DNA of 64,000 nucleotides, from positions 39,392,001 to 39,456,000 of the forward strand of contig CP068257.2 in assembly GCA_009914755.4 (NCBI GenBank), in the 5' to 3' direction. The notes under the pieces were generated by a model that saw only the letters and a list, made by a program, of their open reading frames with translations, searched no databases and was not told the origin of the DNA. Below, piece by piece: positions 14,505-33,053 of the stretch (position 1 is its first letter; every line of letters starts with the position of its first letter). The position numbers and the translations under genes are program-made. Origin of the DNA: the human T2T-CHM13v2.0 reference genome, Homo sapiens.

Positions 14505-14660
14505 TCAATTTTCTTACCCTTCAGTACCTAAGATTGACTAAATGTAAAGTGGGATTAATAATACTAACCTTTTAGGGTTATTATAAGAATTAAATTTTAA
14601 AATATAGATGCCTGCATTTGCCCATGAAAGAGCAATTGATAAAGTACTTGCACTCTTGCC
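14505..14660 (+). mobile_element. MIR SINE fragment
   Basis: ...aatgtaaagtgggattaataatactaaccttttagggttattataagaattaaat... matches MIR core ctgtaaaatggggataataata..cctacctcatagggttgttgtgaggattaaatgag. Confidence 0.5.
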
Positions 14661-14759
14661 ATTAAAAATAACTAGAAAAACTGGAAAAATATATGAAATA
14701 AATGGACATTGGACAATACCTACCACAGGACTGTGATCCCTGATTAAAGGTGGAAACAA

Positions 14760-17336
<2,577 letters not shown>

Positions 17337-17454
17337 ATGGAAGGAAGGAAGAAGGGAGGAGAAGGGGAGGGGAGGGGAAGGGAAGGAAGGAAAGGAAGGA
17401 AGGAAGAGAGAGAGAAAAGAAAGAAAGGAAGGAAGGAAGGAAGGAAGGAAGGAA

Positions 17455-17503
<49 letters not shown>

Positions 17504-17660
17504 GAGGGAAGGAAGAAAGAAAGGAGGGAAGGAAGGAAAGGCAGGAAGAGAGAGAAAAAGAAAGAGAGAGAAAGAAAGAAAGGGAAAGAAGGAAAGAAAG
17601 GAAAGAAAGAAGAAAGAAAGAAAGAAAGGAAGGAAAGAAGAAAGGAAGGAAGGAGAAAGG
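17337..17660. repeat. (GGAA)n/(GAAA)n compound microsatellite, about 324 bp
   Basis: aaggaaggaaggaa...gaaagaaagaaagaaag... begins exactly where the A-rich L1M 3' sequence ...ttaaaaagaaagaaaaatgg ends. Confidence 0.95.
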
Positions 17661-18043
17661 GTATGAACTGTTGATACAAGCAACAGCTTAAATGAATCTT
17701 ATAAACACTTACTAAGCAAACATAGGCTCAAGGAACACATATTGGATGATTCCATACTTACGAAGTTCTAATAAAGATGAAAGTAATGCATGATGGCAGA
17801 AGATACAGACCTCTGCCCAGACCTGAAGCTATGAAACCCAGGGACAACAAGAACTTAAGTCCTCCCTGAGTGAAGACAGCCAGAATGTGCACCTCCTGCA
17901 CATTTGTTACAAACTGTGACTCAGTCTCACCTGTCCTGCCCGAGAGGACTGGTCTATCTCCACCTCAATGGCCTGCTGAGCCCTGGTGCTGATAGCTCTG
18001 GGTAGGATACTCAAAATGAAATTTCTTCTCTCTCCCTTAGTAT

Positions 18044-18222
18044 CTTTTTTGTTTTTGTTTTTGTTTTTAAGAAATGGGGTCCTACTCTGACACCCAGGCT
18101 GGAATGCAGTGGCATGGTCATAGCTCACTACAGCCTTAATCTTCTGGGCTCAAGCAATCGTCTGCCTCTGCCTCTGCCTCCCAAGTAGCAAGGATGACAG
18201 GCATGCACCACCATGCTCGACT
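18044..18222 (-). mobile_element. Partial Alu, minus, right arm plus linker, with T-rich (gtttt)n at its 3' end
   Basis: ttttttgtttttgtttttgtttttaagaaatggggtcctactctgacacccaggctggaatgcagtggcatggtcatagctcactacagcc...ctcccaagtagcaaggatgacaggcatgcaccaccatgc. Confidence 0.8.
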
Positions 18223-19564
18223 CTCAGTGTCTTTTAAAGAGATGAATTGTGTTCACTGGGAGTTGCTTGAAATTGTGTTATGCAGATGAAAGAGTTTCTA
18301 TTGCCTAGATGGGCTCATTCAGGGAGCCTTTGATTTCAGTTATTAAGTGCAGAGGGGCTTCAAGAGACCCCCTACAAAGAAATATACACTTATCCTTCCC
18401 CCTGGAAGGAATATGCTCATCTGAGGGGTCAGACTTGGCACTCAGGGTTTCCAATTAAGCCCTGATTGCATGCCTGAGCCAGCTACTTCCGAAGGTAATC
18501 AAACCTCTCTCACTGTTTTGTTGAAAGTGGCTTAAGCGGAAAGGAAACAGCAGACAAGAGCACAAAGTCAGCAGGTGCATCTCTCAGCTTTGACCAGTTC
18601 ACTGAACTCCCAGAGAAGACCTCCTAATATCAGAGAAGGAATTCTGGGGGGAAAAAAATAAAACAGAAAAGCAAGCATTGCTTGGCTCACATCAAGACAA
18701 AAGCAGCTTCCTTTGTAGCAGGAGAGACAGCTGCTGATGCAAATGCCACATGGACTGTAATTTTGGAAAACTTGCCTGTTTGAAGAGGCTGTTGTGAGAG
18801 TGTTGATAATGCTTATAAAGATCGAGTTGCCTTAATTCATGGAGGGCCATTGCTAGTATTGGGGATGAAAATTATTTACTTTTTAGTTACAGAATTGATT
18901 GTCTTTATTCTCTTTTAAAATACACAAGGTTTTTGTTACTCTTTTCTTCAAGGTGACCATATGTCTTTCAATTCATGGCAAGGTGACCATAGGTCATTCA
19001 ATTTACTCAGTAGCTTAGCCACTAATAGCCCAGAATAGGCAACATCTCTGCCAGGTTTCCCAGCCCCACTGGGATCAGGCCACAGGAAACAAGTCCTGAT
19101 CCTCAATGTGGTGGGCAAAATCACACCTCCCTAAAGAAAGATGCCCACATTATAATCCCTGGAACCTGTGAATATGTTACCACGTTAGGCAAAAGTGAAT
19201 CTGCCGATGAGATTAAGGATCTTGAGATGGGGAAATTATCTTGGATCATGTGAATTGGACCAATATAATCACAATGACCATTACAAGAGGGAGAAAGGAG
19301 GGTCAGAAACACAGAGAGGAGATGTGACAATGAAGCAGAGGTCAGAGTCACAGAGAGAGAGAGAGATTGGAGGATGCTACCCTGCTGGCTTTAAAGATGG
19401 AGGAAGAGGACAAAGCCAAGGAATGCAGATGGCTTCTAGAAGCTGGAAAAGTAGAAAAAAAACAGATTCTCCCCTGGATACATCAGAAGGAAGGCAGTTC
19501 TGCTGATACCTTGATTTTAGGACTACTGACTTCTAAAACTAAGAGAGTAAATGCATATATGCAC

Positions 19565-19898
<334 letters not shown>

Positions 19899-22019
19899 TA
19901 ATGCATATTTTTTAAGCCACTGGGTTTGTGGAAATTTTTCACAACAGCAATAGGAAACTGACATACTTGAGGACACAAAGGAAAGGTACAAGGACCCTGA
20001 CCACCCTCAGTGGCATCAGCGGCCTCCTTCATGTGGGCTGACGGTCACTGACATTTAGAAATACAAGAAATGGCCTTTCCCCACCCACCAGCAAGGTTGG
20101 TTACCTCTTCTCAGCCTTTCAGTAGCTCATTCCAAACAATATGTTTTTGAAATAGGAATGCCATTTGTCAGGCCCATGCTCCATTTTGGCAAAGGCATAG
20201 AAAAATAGAAACTAAACTTGAGGATAACATTTAAGCTTCTAACAGACCATATTCTGGAAGTCACACATTAAGTCTAATTGGGGGGAAACACGTGGTCCTA
20301 TCTTCCAAATATCAATGCAAATCAGAAGTGGACCTTGAAGAGTGAACAAAACTGTGAATTTTCTCTAACTGGAGGCTGCTAAAGCAAGAGGAGATGTTTT
20401 CCCCGCAGGAACCAAGGTCTAGAACATACTCTCTTAAGGTAAGACTTGAGGAAGTGATCGAGATGACTAGAAATAGGAAAAATCCACCTTTTCAGACTCA
20501 AAATGTGAGTAGACATGAGTTGTAGAGACACATAGTTTTTCTCCCACATCATCTGATGGGTCAATATGCCCCAGGACGTAGATGGTGCAAGAACGTCTTG
20601 TAAGAGAAGAGTGTTTACAGTGGTATAGAAACAAGAACGCCTCACATGCAAGCAGAACGTGAAGGAGCTCAACTATATGCTATTTCTACCCCCAGCCTCC
20701 CTCCTGTCTGGTGTTTCACAATTGGGTTGAAGGAAGTTAGCAGGTAACCTGCTCACCATCACCGGCTTCTCTTCTGCACACTGGCAGACATCACCAGCTG
20801 ATCACAGTGCCCCACTGGCCCAACCTGGCCCCAGTCCCATAATTCTCAACACATTTACTAGCAATCAAGACTAGACCTGGACTCTCCAGATAACCTACAT
20901 GCCAGTCCTGAGGGGAAGTATACTATCTGTGGAGATCTCTTGGTCCAGCATAAAAATTGTCAAGGAAAATATTTGCCCTCCAGGTCTTTCACACAGTGGT
21001 ACTTCCAGTTCAGCACCATCAATCCGTAAAGAGGTTGCAAAGTAGCAGGGCAGAGACAGCTAAGGAGGCGTGGACAGGCTTGCTCCATGGGCTGTGTCCA
21101 GGTCCAGGTGCCAAGTGGGGATTCCTGAGCAGCCCAAGCAGGGCAGGATTTAGAAAGGAAAAGAAGGGAGAACAGAAGAGTAGGAGGAAGCCGTGGAAGA
21201 CAAGCTTCCCAACCTCACGGTTTCGCCCAGCGCCGGCCTCCCTTTTAATGCAGAAAGTGCCAGGAGTCTCTCCTCCCCCTTAGCCACGTGAATCCTCCTC
21301 TTCCCCACATGAACCTCACATGACCCCTAGTCCCCAGGGCTTGCCATCACTTCTGTTGCTATGGAAACCTGTGGCCTCATCCAGCAACAGCCTCACGGTT
21401 TTAGTGAGTGAAACCGTGTAACCGCTGCCCATCGGTTACAAAGTCTCAACAGCAGCCCGGTGCTTACAGGCTCTGCTGAGGTCATGATTTTTCATTAAGA
21501 CTTGTTTGCTCTGTTACTAGGGAGAAATGGCATGCGGATCCCGGCTGAGGGGCACAGAGTTCATTTAATAGCACCTCATTTAGAGGAAAGCCCAATTGCT
21601 GAGCTTTTGGAGTGTGAACAGCACAATACAGTCTGGTAGGCACCTCCCTCTGGCCCCACCTCCAGGTCCCAGAGAACAACATGCTCCCTGAGAACTGGCA
21701 GTTAGATCTGGAGCTAGAGGAAAGGGTGAATAAAATGCCTTTCTAAGAAAGCTCGCTCTTCCTCACCACATGCATGCACATTCACACTAGACTGTCTTTT
21801 TCCCCTCCCTTCTCATCTGGATACTTGATGTCAAAGGTGAATTTGGGGGCTGGATCATTCTTTACATTGTTGTAATATTATCTAATTCATTTCTCACATT
21901 GGAAAACTAAATACGGTAAATAATAGCACACTAGGGAATGGATCAAAAATAATAATGAATGTCAAATGATTGCAGATATTGACAATGTGTAGAACAATAT
22001 GCACATGAAAAGGTGAAAA

Positions 22020-22440
22020 AGCAGCTTATTTGTGTGTTGGTATATATATAAAATATATATATTAAAAAATATATAAAAAATATATAAATATATATATAAA
22101 TATATATAAAAAGATATATATATAAAGTATATATAAATACATATAAAAAACTAGAAAATAAAGACATATATGTAAATATATAAAACTAGAAAATAAAGAC
22201 AAATATATATAAAACTAGAAAATAAAGACAAAATAATCACACTCATTACCCTCCCTCATCCTTAGGCAATCTGGCATGTATGATTCTCAAAATTTATATA
22301 TATGTATATATATAAAATATACATATATTTTATATGTATATATATACACATATATAATATACATATATTTTATGTACATATATTTTATATATTTTATATG
22401 TATATATACACACATATATAATATACATATATATAAAATA
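22020..22440. repeat. AT-rich compound low-complexity/minisatellite block (TATATA, AAATATATA; about 27-bp 'aaactagaaaataaagaca(a)atatat' x3; about 70-bp tandem duplication)
   Basis: aaaactagaaaataaagacatatatgtaaatatataaaactagaaaataaagacaaatatatataaaactagaaaataaagacaaaataatc. Duplicated block tatatgtatatatatacacatatataatatacatatattttat. Confidence 0.85.
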
Positions 22441-22457
22441 TAAGTAAGTATAGCAGT

Positions 22458-22950
22458 TAGCTGCTGCTTTGTAACAAATTACCCAAGGATGCAGTGGCTT
22501 AAAACAACATTCAGTTATTTAACTCATGATTAGGTGGGGCTGGGCTCATCTGATCTCGGCTGGGCTCACTTGTGCATCTGCATGTCAGCTTCTGGTTTGG
22601 TTGGGGACTGGCTCATATAAAATGGCCTCAGCAGGAATGAGTCACCTCTGCTCCACATGATCTCTCATCCTGTAGCAGGCTGGCCTGTAGCATGAAAGCT
22701 ACAGGACTCCAGAACCACTGGAGATAAGCAAGTTCTCTTGAGGTTTATGCTTGGCTCTCAAGTACTATGACGGTGGCTGCCACATTCTATGGGTCAAAGC
22801 AAGTCACAAGGCCCACACAGATTCAAGATATGGGGAAGTAGACTCCACCTCTTAATGAGAGAAGCTACAAAGTCACACTCAAAAGTATGTGCATAACAGA
22901 GAGTGAAGGATTTGGCCCATTTGTTTTGCAAGTTACTCCAGAGAAAAAGT
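22458..22950 (+). mobile_element. Ancient L1 (L1M-family) 3'-end-like fragment
   Basis: gctgctttgtaacaaattacccaaggatgcagtggcttaaaacaacattcagttatttaactcatgattaggtgggg...attctatgggtcaaagcaagtcacaaggcccacacagattcaagatatggggaagtagactccacctcttaatgagagaagctacaaagtcacactcaaaagtatgtgcataacagagagtgaaggatttggcccatttgttttgcaag. Confidence 0.45.
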
Positions 22951-23235
22951 CAGAAAACCATTTTTGCTTTGAGTAATTCAGCTTAACTAGGAAAGTGGAT
23001 TGAGTGATCACCACATGGGAACATGCTCAGCTCTCTGCCTCCCCTTGACTACAAGATGTAGCCACAGGTTTCCTCAATGCACTCAACTGGGATACCTTTC
23101 CAGAAGTGTCTAAGAGGCTATGCATGCACTTAAAAGTTTTTGAATTGAATCTTGCACAGAATTCTCTTAGATATAAAGTTCTAAACAGAAAAGTCTTATT
23201 CTAGGCTGCAAGCCTAGCTGTCCTTTGAGAGATGT

Positions 23236-23612
23236 TGTATTAGTCCATTCTCACACTGCTCTAAGGAACTTCCCAAGGCTGGGTAATTTATAAAGGAAAG
23301 AGGTTTAATTGACTTACAATTTTGTATGAGTGGGGTGGCCTCAGGAAACTTACAATCATGGCAGAAGGCAAAGGGCAGGAAGGTACCTTCTTCACAATGC
23401 GGCAGGAGAGATAAGTGCTTAGGGAAGAGGGAAGAGCCCCTTATAAAACCATCAGATCCCATGAGAACTCACTCACTATCATGAGAACAGCATGGGAGAA
23501 ACTGCCCCCATGATTCAATGACTTCCACCTGATCTCTCCTTTGACACGTGGGGATTATGGGGATTACAATTTAAGATGAGATTTGGGCGGCAACGCAAAG
23601 CCTAATTATATC
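23236..23612 (-). mobile_element. ERVL-MaLR solo LTR (THE1/MST-type), minus
   Basis: tgtattagtccattctcacactgc...ctgggtaatttataaagg...tttaattgacttacaattttgtatgagtggggtggcctcaggaaacttacaatcatggcagaaggcaaagg...ataaaaccatcagatcccatgagaactcactcactatcatgagaacagcatgggagaaactgcccccatgattcaat...gacacgtggggattatggggattacaatttaagatgagatttgggcggc. Confidence 0.85.
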
Positions 23613-24545
23613 AGATATGGTATTCACTCTTTTGGAAAAAATCAAAGGCTTTAACTTCTGCTAAAAGTTCCAAACTGGGAAGAGATGCACATATCTAAAA
23701 GCAAAGGAGAACCACTTTTGGTGAGAATTTAACTTTTTTTTCCCGGAGTAATAAATGCACATGTGTAAAATGTCAAATAGTATCAATATCAATAAGTCTA
23801 TAGTAAAAAGCAAGAGTATCTACTCAACTCCTTCTTATCCCTAAACCTGCCTACAAAAAAAATTAACCTAACTTTTAAAAATCTGCCCATATTTAGTTCT
23901 TTACAGAGTTATTTCTAAGTAACAACCTCAATTTTGTATGTCTTTAATTATCAAATTTAGGCATTATTGCCTGCAACAAGAGATGAGGACTAAATTCACA
24001 AAAGCATTTTAAATTATTTTTCTTCTTTCCTCCCAATATAGTTATATCATGGATGCTTGTTCCTTTACCGTTTTTATAATTTATCTATTTGATCAACTAT
24101 GGACAGTATCTCATGACTTTCTTCTTCTTAAAATGAGTATATGAACGCCCATCTCTTTCCTTCATGTCTCCTTTCATTTCCCTTCATACTTTTGTTTTTT
24201 TCATGGCCAAGGTTTGCAGTACATGCATTTTGTTCTGTAAACACAATTTTGCTTTGTCCTTAGGTTCAGATGGAAATAAATAACATAAAAAATGAAGTGA
24301 TAATTAATTTCATTTTGCATACATTTTGTTTTTCTTGGAGTATTTAATTATCTATCTATCTATCTATATCTATCTTGTAATGTCTGCCTTTGTCATATCC
24401 TTACCACCATGTAATATTTAAGGACATTTTCAAATACATGAAATTGTTTTTCTTCCTTTTCCCATCTTTATGGAGTCCTTTTGCTCTAACCTAATCCCTC
24501 TCTAATTCTGTTTCAGAGCTATCCTCCTGGATACAATCTACTCTT

Positions 24546-25150
24546 GTTACAGGAAAGGGTCCTGATCCAGACCCCCAGAGAGGGTTCTTGGATCTCGTGC
24601 AAGGAAGAATTCAGGGTGAGTCCCTAGAGTAAAGTGAAAGCAAGGTTATTAAGAAAGAAAAGGAATAAAGAATGGCTACTCCATAGACAGAGCAGCCCCA
24701 AGGGCTGCCCATTTTTGTGGTTATTTCTTGGTTATGTGCTAAACAAGAGGTAGATTATTCATGCCCCCTTTTTAGACCATATAAGGTAACTTTCTGACAT
24801 TGCTATGGCATTTGTAAATTGTCGTGGTGCTGATGGGAGTGTAGCAGTGAGGACAACCAGAGGTCACTCTCGTGGCCATCTTGGTTTTGGTGGGTTTTAG
24901 CCGGCTTCTTTACTGCATCCTGTTTTATCAGCAAGATCTTTATGATCTGTATCTTGTGCCCACCTCTTGTCTCATCCTGTGACATAGAATGCCCTAACCA
25001 TCTGGGAATGCAGCCCAATAGGTCTCAGCCTTATTTTACCCAGCCCTTACTCAAGATGGAGTTGCTCTGGTTCAAAAGCCTCTGATACTCTTACTGGACT
25101 TTAAGTCCTCCTTTCTTGGTTCACTCCCTTGTTTTGCTGGAGCATGTCTT
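24546..25150 (+). mobile_element. Unassigned high-copy human interspersed repeat, probably ERV/LTR-derived
   Basis: Recognisable multi-copy sequence ...gaaagcaaggttattaagaaagaaaaggaataaagaatggctactccatagacagagcagccccaagggctgcccatttttgtggttatttcttggttatgtgctaaacaag...gccatcttggttttggtgggttttagccggcttctttactgcatcctgttttatcagcaag...ctgggaatgcagcccaataggtctcagcc. Family name not recalled. Confidence 0.35.
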
Positions 25151-26299
25151 TAAATAGCTTTGTCACAAAGGTTGCCAAGGAAATAAAACCTCTGGGTTCT
25201 TGCATAATCTGTCTTCACAGCTAGTTGGTAATTTTGTTGCATATACAATTCCAAGCTGAAAATCATTTGCCTCAGAACTTGGAAGACATCCCTCTCAGTC
25301 TTGTAACATTAAGTATTGCTGGTTAGAATTTTTCAGCCAGCTTGACTCTTATCCTTTGTAAATGAACAGTTCTTACTCTACAGAGGCTTTCTGAATATTT
25401 TATTAATTGATGTATTCTGAACCTTTGTAATGATGTGTCTCAATGTGGTCTTTCTCATGCATGATGCCAGGATCAAAGGGCCATTTCAGTTCAAGGACAT
25501 GTTCCTTCTTCAGCCGTAGAAAATAACCTTCTAATATGCCTTCAAAAACTGGTTCCCTTGTGTTTGCTTTGGTCTCACTTTCTGGAATTTCTGTTAACTG
25601 TATGTTGACCTTGTAAATAGACTTTTATTATCTCTCAGTTTCTTGCATATGTTTCTATTCCTTTTTGTTTGGTTTTGTTGTCCCACTTGATAAGAAATTC
25701 CCCCAACTTTCATTGTTAAACCTTCTGTTGAATTTTGTAGTTTGCATATCTTTTTTTTTCTTTCCAAGAGATCTTTCTTGTTCTCTGATAGTCTTTAACA
25801 TCTTATTTATGTATTATCAATTTTATGTCTTCTCAAATCTCTCTGAGGACATCAATTAGGATTTTTTTAAAGTACATTTTTATTCCCTGAATTATTTGCT
25901 TCCTCCTGGGTCATTTTCTTCTGCTTGTTTACCTTGGTGTTTTTTCTTTACATTGCAGACTCCTCAAATGCCTGTTACCCAATTGTCCATTTCTATTTTA
26001 AAATACAGCAATTGCAAGGCTGTGAGCTTCGTGTCTGTAAATGAGGCACTTTCTGGGAAGGTTTCACTCCAGCATGAACAGGATAGAAATCAGCTGAACC
26101 CCTAGGGCCCCAGAATTCAGAGCCTGGGGACACCAGTACTCATTAGCTACTCTGCCACTCCACAGACAACTTTATTTGTTTAGTGGAGAAACCTTTGCTT
26201 TTTTGCCTGAGGGTAAACATCTGCTTATTGGCTGTACTGTGCTCATAGGGTAGGAAAGATTTTGTCATGGCTCAACCCTTTTTTCTTTCTTTCCGACTT

Positions 26300-27250
26300 T
26301 TAGGTTCAAGGGGCACATGGCGCAGATTTGTTACATGGCTCAATTGCTTGTTGCAGGGATTTGGTGTAGAGATAATTTTGTCACCCAAGTAATCAACATA
26401 GTACCCAACAGTTTTTCAATTCTTACTTTTCCTCACCCTCCACCCTCAAATAAGCGCCAGTGTCTATTGTTCCCTTCTTTGTGTCCATGTATATTCAATA
26501 TTTAGCTCCCACTTATAAGTAAGAACATGCAGCATTTGGTTTACTGTTTCTGTGTTAATTCACTTAGGTTTATGGCCTCCAGCTCCATTCATGTTGCAAC
26601 AAAGGACATGATCTCATTTTTTTATAGCTGTGTAGTATTCAGTGGTATATAGATACCACATTTTCTTTATCCAGTCCACCATTGATGGGCATCTAGATTG
26701 ATGTTATGCCTTTGCTCTTGTAAATAGTGCTTTTATAAACATATGCATTCATGTGTCTTTGTGGGAAAACAATTTATATTCCTTTGGGTATGTATCCAAT
26801 AATAGAATTGCTGGGTTAAATAGTAGTTCTGTTTTAAGTTCTTTGAGAAATCTCCAGACAGCTTTCCACAGAGGCTGAACTAATTTACATTCCCACCAGC
26901 AACGTATAAGTCCCTTTACTCTGCAACCTTGCCAGCATCTGTTATTTTTTAGTTTTTTAAATGAGAGCCATTCTGACTGGTGTGAGATGGTTCTCATTTT
27001 GGTTTTTATTTGCATCTCCCTAATGATTAGTGATACTGAGCATTTTTTCACATGATTCTTGCCCACGTTGTGTCTTCTTTTGAGAAGTGTCTGTTCATGT
27101 CCTTTGCCCATTCCAAAATGAGATTGTTTGTTTTCTGCTTGTTGACATGCTTGAGTTCCTTATAGATTCTGGATATTGGACTTTTGTTGGATGCATAGTT
27201 TGGAAATATTTTCTCCCATTTGATAGGTTGTCTGTTTACTCTTGGTTAAT
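26300..27250 (-). mobile_element. L1PA/L1PB-type LINE-1 3' portion (ORF2 C-terminus plus 3'UTR), minus
   Basis: Reverse complement of L1 3' end: ...ccattgatgggcatctagattgatg...ctttgggtatgtatccaataatagaattgctgggttaaatagtagttctgttttaagttctttgagaaatctccagacagctttccacagaggctgaactaatttacattcccaccagcaacgtataag...ccattctgactggtgtgagatggttctcattttggtttttatttgcatctccctaatgattagtgatactgagcattttttcac. Confidence 0.9.
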
Positions 27251-27410
27251 CCTCCTACATCACACGCCTACCTTCAAAAGTGTTCTGAATTCAGGGCCTC
27301 CATGGGATTCTACTGAGCACATAGACAGCTGCAGAGTTGAGGGTCTTCCTTTCCATGATTCGTCATTCACCATCACTCTACACAGTTTTGTCTTTAGAAA
27401 ATACCTAGAG

Positions 27411-27792
<382 letters not shown>

Positions 27793-29799
27793 TTATTCTC
27801 TTACTTTCCTTATAATAGCAACTTCAGAGGAAGAGATAAAAACACATACGTTCCACCTCTCATTCTAAACTGGAAGCCACTTTCTGAAGGAATCAACTTC
27901 CCAAAGAAGAATTTCATTTAGTTAATTATTCAAAAGATTCAACTAAAATAAGAAAATTCCATTCAATGACATTTTCTTGGGTATCACTTTGTTCAAAGTA
28001 CAGTGCTTGACTAACTCAGGAATTTACAAGACAGTAGGATTTGGTTCTTGCCCCCAGATAATTTATGTTCTGATAGAAATAACAGACATTTATCAACATG
28101 TTGTAACTGTACATTTGACTGTATACTGATTTTAAGAAATGAGTAAATATACCTGAGTGCCCCCAAGTATGGCTTTTAGTGCAACATTCCAATTTGGCTA
28201 CAAATATCACAACCACAACTACTGGTAGCCTTGGACCCAAGAGTATTGCGTTGTTACACAATACTGGATATTTTGCATTTCAAGAAAAAGTCTCACAATC
28301 TCTCCATATGGAGCAGTCTTTTTCTTAATGTTCATATGTTTACAGAAATGAGAACTTTGGATATTGTGAAATAAATACTGGCTAATGCCAGAGCTTCCTG
28401 CATCTCTCTCAAGACCCAGCACGAGACAAACACCTCTGTCAGATTTCCCTTGACTAATTTAAAAGCTGTGAATTCATTCTGCTTGCCCAGATTTTAAGGC
28501 TTCTATCCCTGGAATGTCACCTCCTCTTCTTTTCTGTCCTTGTGCCATTCTGTTTTTTTCAGCAACGCATACCCATTTTTCCAGACTCAGCTAAACCAGC
28601 ATGTGTCCTGCTAATTTGTCACTTTTCTTACCTTCTTTATCTCCTCAAGCAGAGATGGGTAATTCCTCCTATGATGAGACATTTACCAATCACTGACTAT
28701 TCACCTGCTCCTCCACACTTTCCAATCCCCTCCCTTTAAGTGGGGACATCTGGCTACTTCTGCCCATTCAGTTAGGAGCAGAAGTGGTGTGAGTAACTGC
28801 CAGGCCAATGCAATTAACTGCTAGTACAAGACCTTCCAGCTGTTTCTTCCCTGGACCTACTGACTTGGAAGCCATGTGATTTCATTAGAGTAACCATAAG
28901 ATGCAGGTAACTTAGATCCCTGAGTCTCCATGTGCAAGGGAGCTACCCTGGAGAGCTATTGGGTCTGCAGTAGAACTTATAAGCAAGAAAATACATTTGC
29001 CAATTAAGAAGAAAAAAGACCAACAAGTTAATAGAAAAACAGGCAGGAGAGGTCATTCACAATCACGGGTACAAGTGGTCAATAAGAAAATGAGATCATC
29101 AACTTTATTATCCATCAGAGAAATGCAAGCAAAAACCACAATGAGATACCTACATGAATAACTAAAATAAAAAAAATGACATTCCTAAGTGTTGAGAAGG
29201 CCATGGAACAACTGGAACTCTGACAACCTCCTGGATAGAATTTGAACTGGTAAAACTCCCTTGTGTAACTGGCAATTTCTAATAAAGCTAAACATATGCT
29301 TATCCCTAATCTAGAAATTTCACATCTAAGATCTTTATACCAGAACTGTGTCTAATAGTCAAAATAAGAAACAACTCAATTGTCCATCAACAGTAGATTG
29401 TAAGTATCTTGGGGTGTATCTATGCAATGAAATATTACACAGCAATAAAAAGAAACTACTTCTATCACAACACAGACGAATCTCACAAACAAGGTTGGGC
29501 AGAAGAAGCCATTTTTATGGGTATTTCATTGTAATCCTCTTTGGTAAAAGGTATGCTTTTATTTATAAAGGTCAAACACTTTTTAAAAATAGTGTATAGT
29601 ACTGCTTTGGGGATTAACGATTGGGAGAGGGCACAAATTGGGGTTTTGGGAGTGTGAAATATTTTATTTACATCTGGGTGCTGTTCACAGAAGTGTGTTT
29701 AGTTTAGGATTTGTAGGGTTAGTGATGTACATTTCAATAACACATGTATTTAAAAAAATTAAAAAAGGAAGAAAAGATAGTTCAAATATTCTTCCCTTG

Positions 29800-29928
29800 A
29801 GGATGTACTCAAAAGGGAAGATCTAGAGTACAGATCACTAATTCCTTGGAAACAGGGGCTGTTACCTGTTGTATTTCCAGCACCCAGTACAATGTCTGGC
29901 TCATAGTAGGTGCTCAATAAATGTTTGC
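29800..29928 (+). mobile_element. MIR SINE 3' fragment
   Basis: ...cagtacaatgtctggctcatagtaggtgctcaataaatgtttg matches the MIR 3' end ...tggcacatagtaagcgctcaataaatg. Confidence 0.5.
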
Positions 29929-29929
29929 G

Positions 29930-30077
29930 GGGGAAGAGAGAAGAAGAGAAGGAATAAAAGAAGGAAGGAAGGAAGGAAGAAGGAAGGAAGAAGGAAGAAA
30001 GGAAGGAAGGAAGGAAGGAAAGAAGGAAGGAAGGAAGGAAAGGAGGGAGGGAGGGAGGAAGGGAGGGAGGAAGGAAT
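29930..30077. repeat. (GGAA)n microsatellite, about 150 bp
   Basis: gggaagagagaagaagagaaggaataaaagaaggaaggaaggaaggaagaaggaaggaag...ggagggagggagggaggaagggagggaggaaggaatg. Confidence 0.95.
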
Positions 30078-30399
30078 GTAGGTTTATGTTCAAAGCCACT
30101 GAGGACTGGGGTTTTTCTTGTTACCACAGAATAGCCTAATAAGCTAACTAATAAAACTCCTCTGTGCTTCCGCAGTACCATGCAAACACATCCATTATAG
30201 CATCTATCACTACAGGAATACCTTGGACATATTTGGGGTTTCATTTCAGACCACCACAATAAAGTGAACACCTTAATAAAGGGAGGCACACAATTTTTTT
30301 TGCTTTCCCAGTGCATATAAAAGTTATGTTCACACTATACTATAGTCTCTTGAGTGTGCAATAGCCTTATGGTGAAAAGAATGATGTGCATACCTTAAT

Positions 30400-32400
<2,001 letters not shown>

Positions 32401-32488
32401 GACCTAGCTTTCAGCCTGTCTTGGCTTTTAACATGCCTTCCTCTCTAACCTTAATCATGTCTAGCTTTTTATTTAAAATGAGAGACCT

Positions 32489-33053
<565 letters not shown>

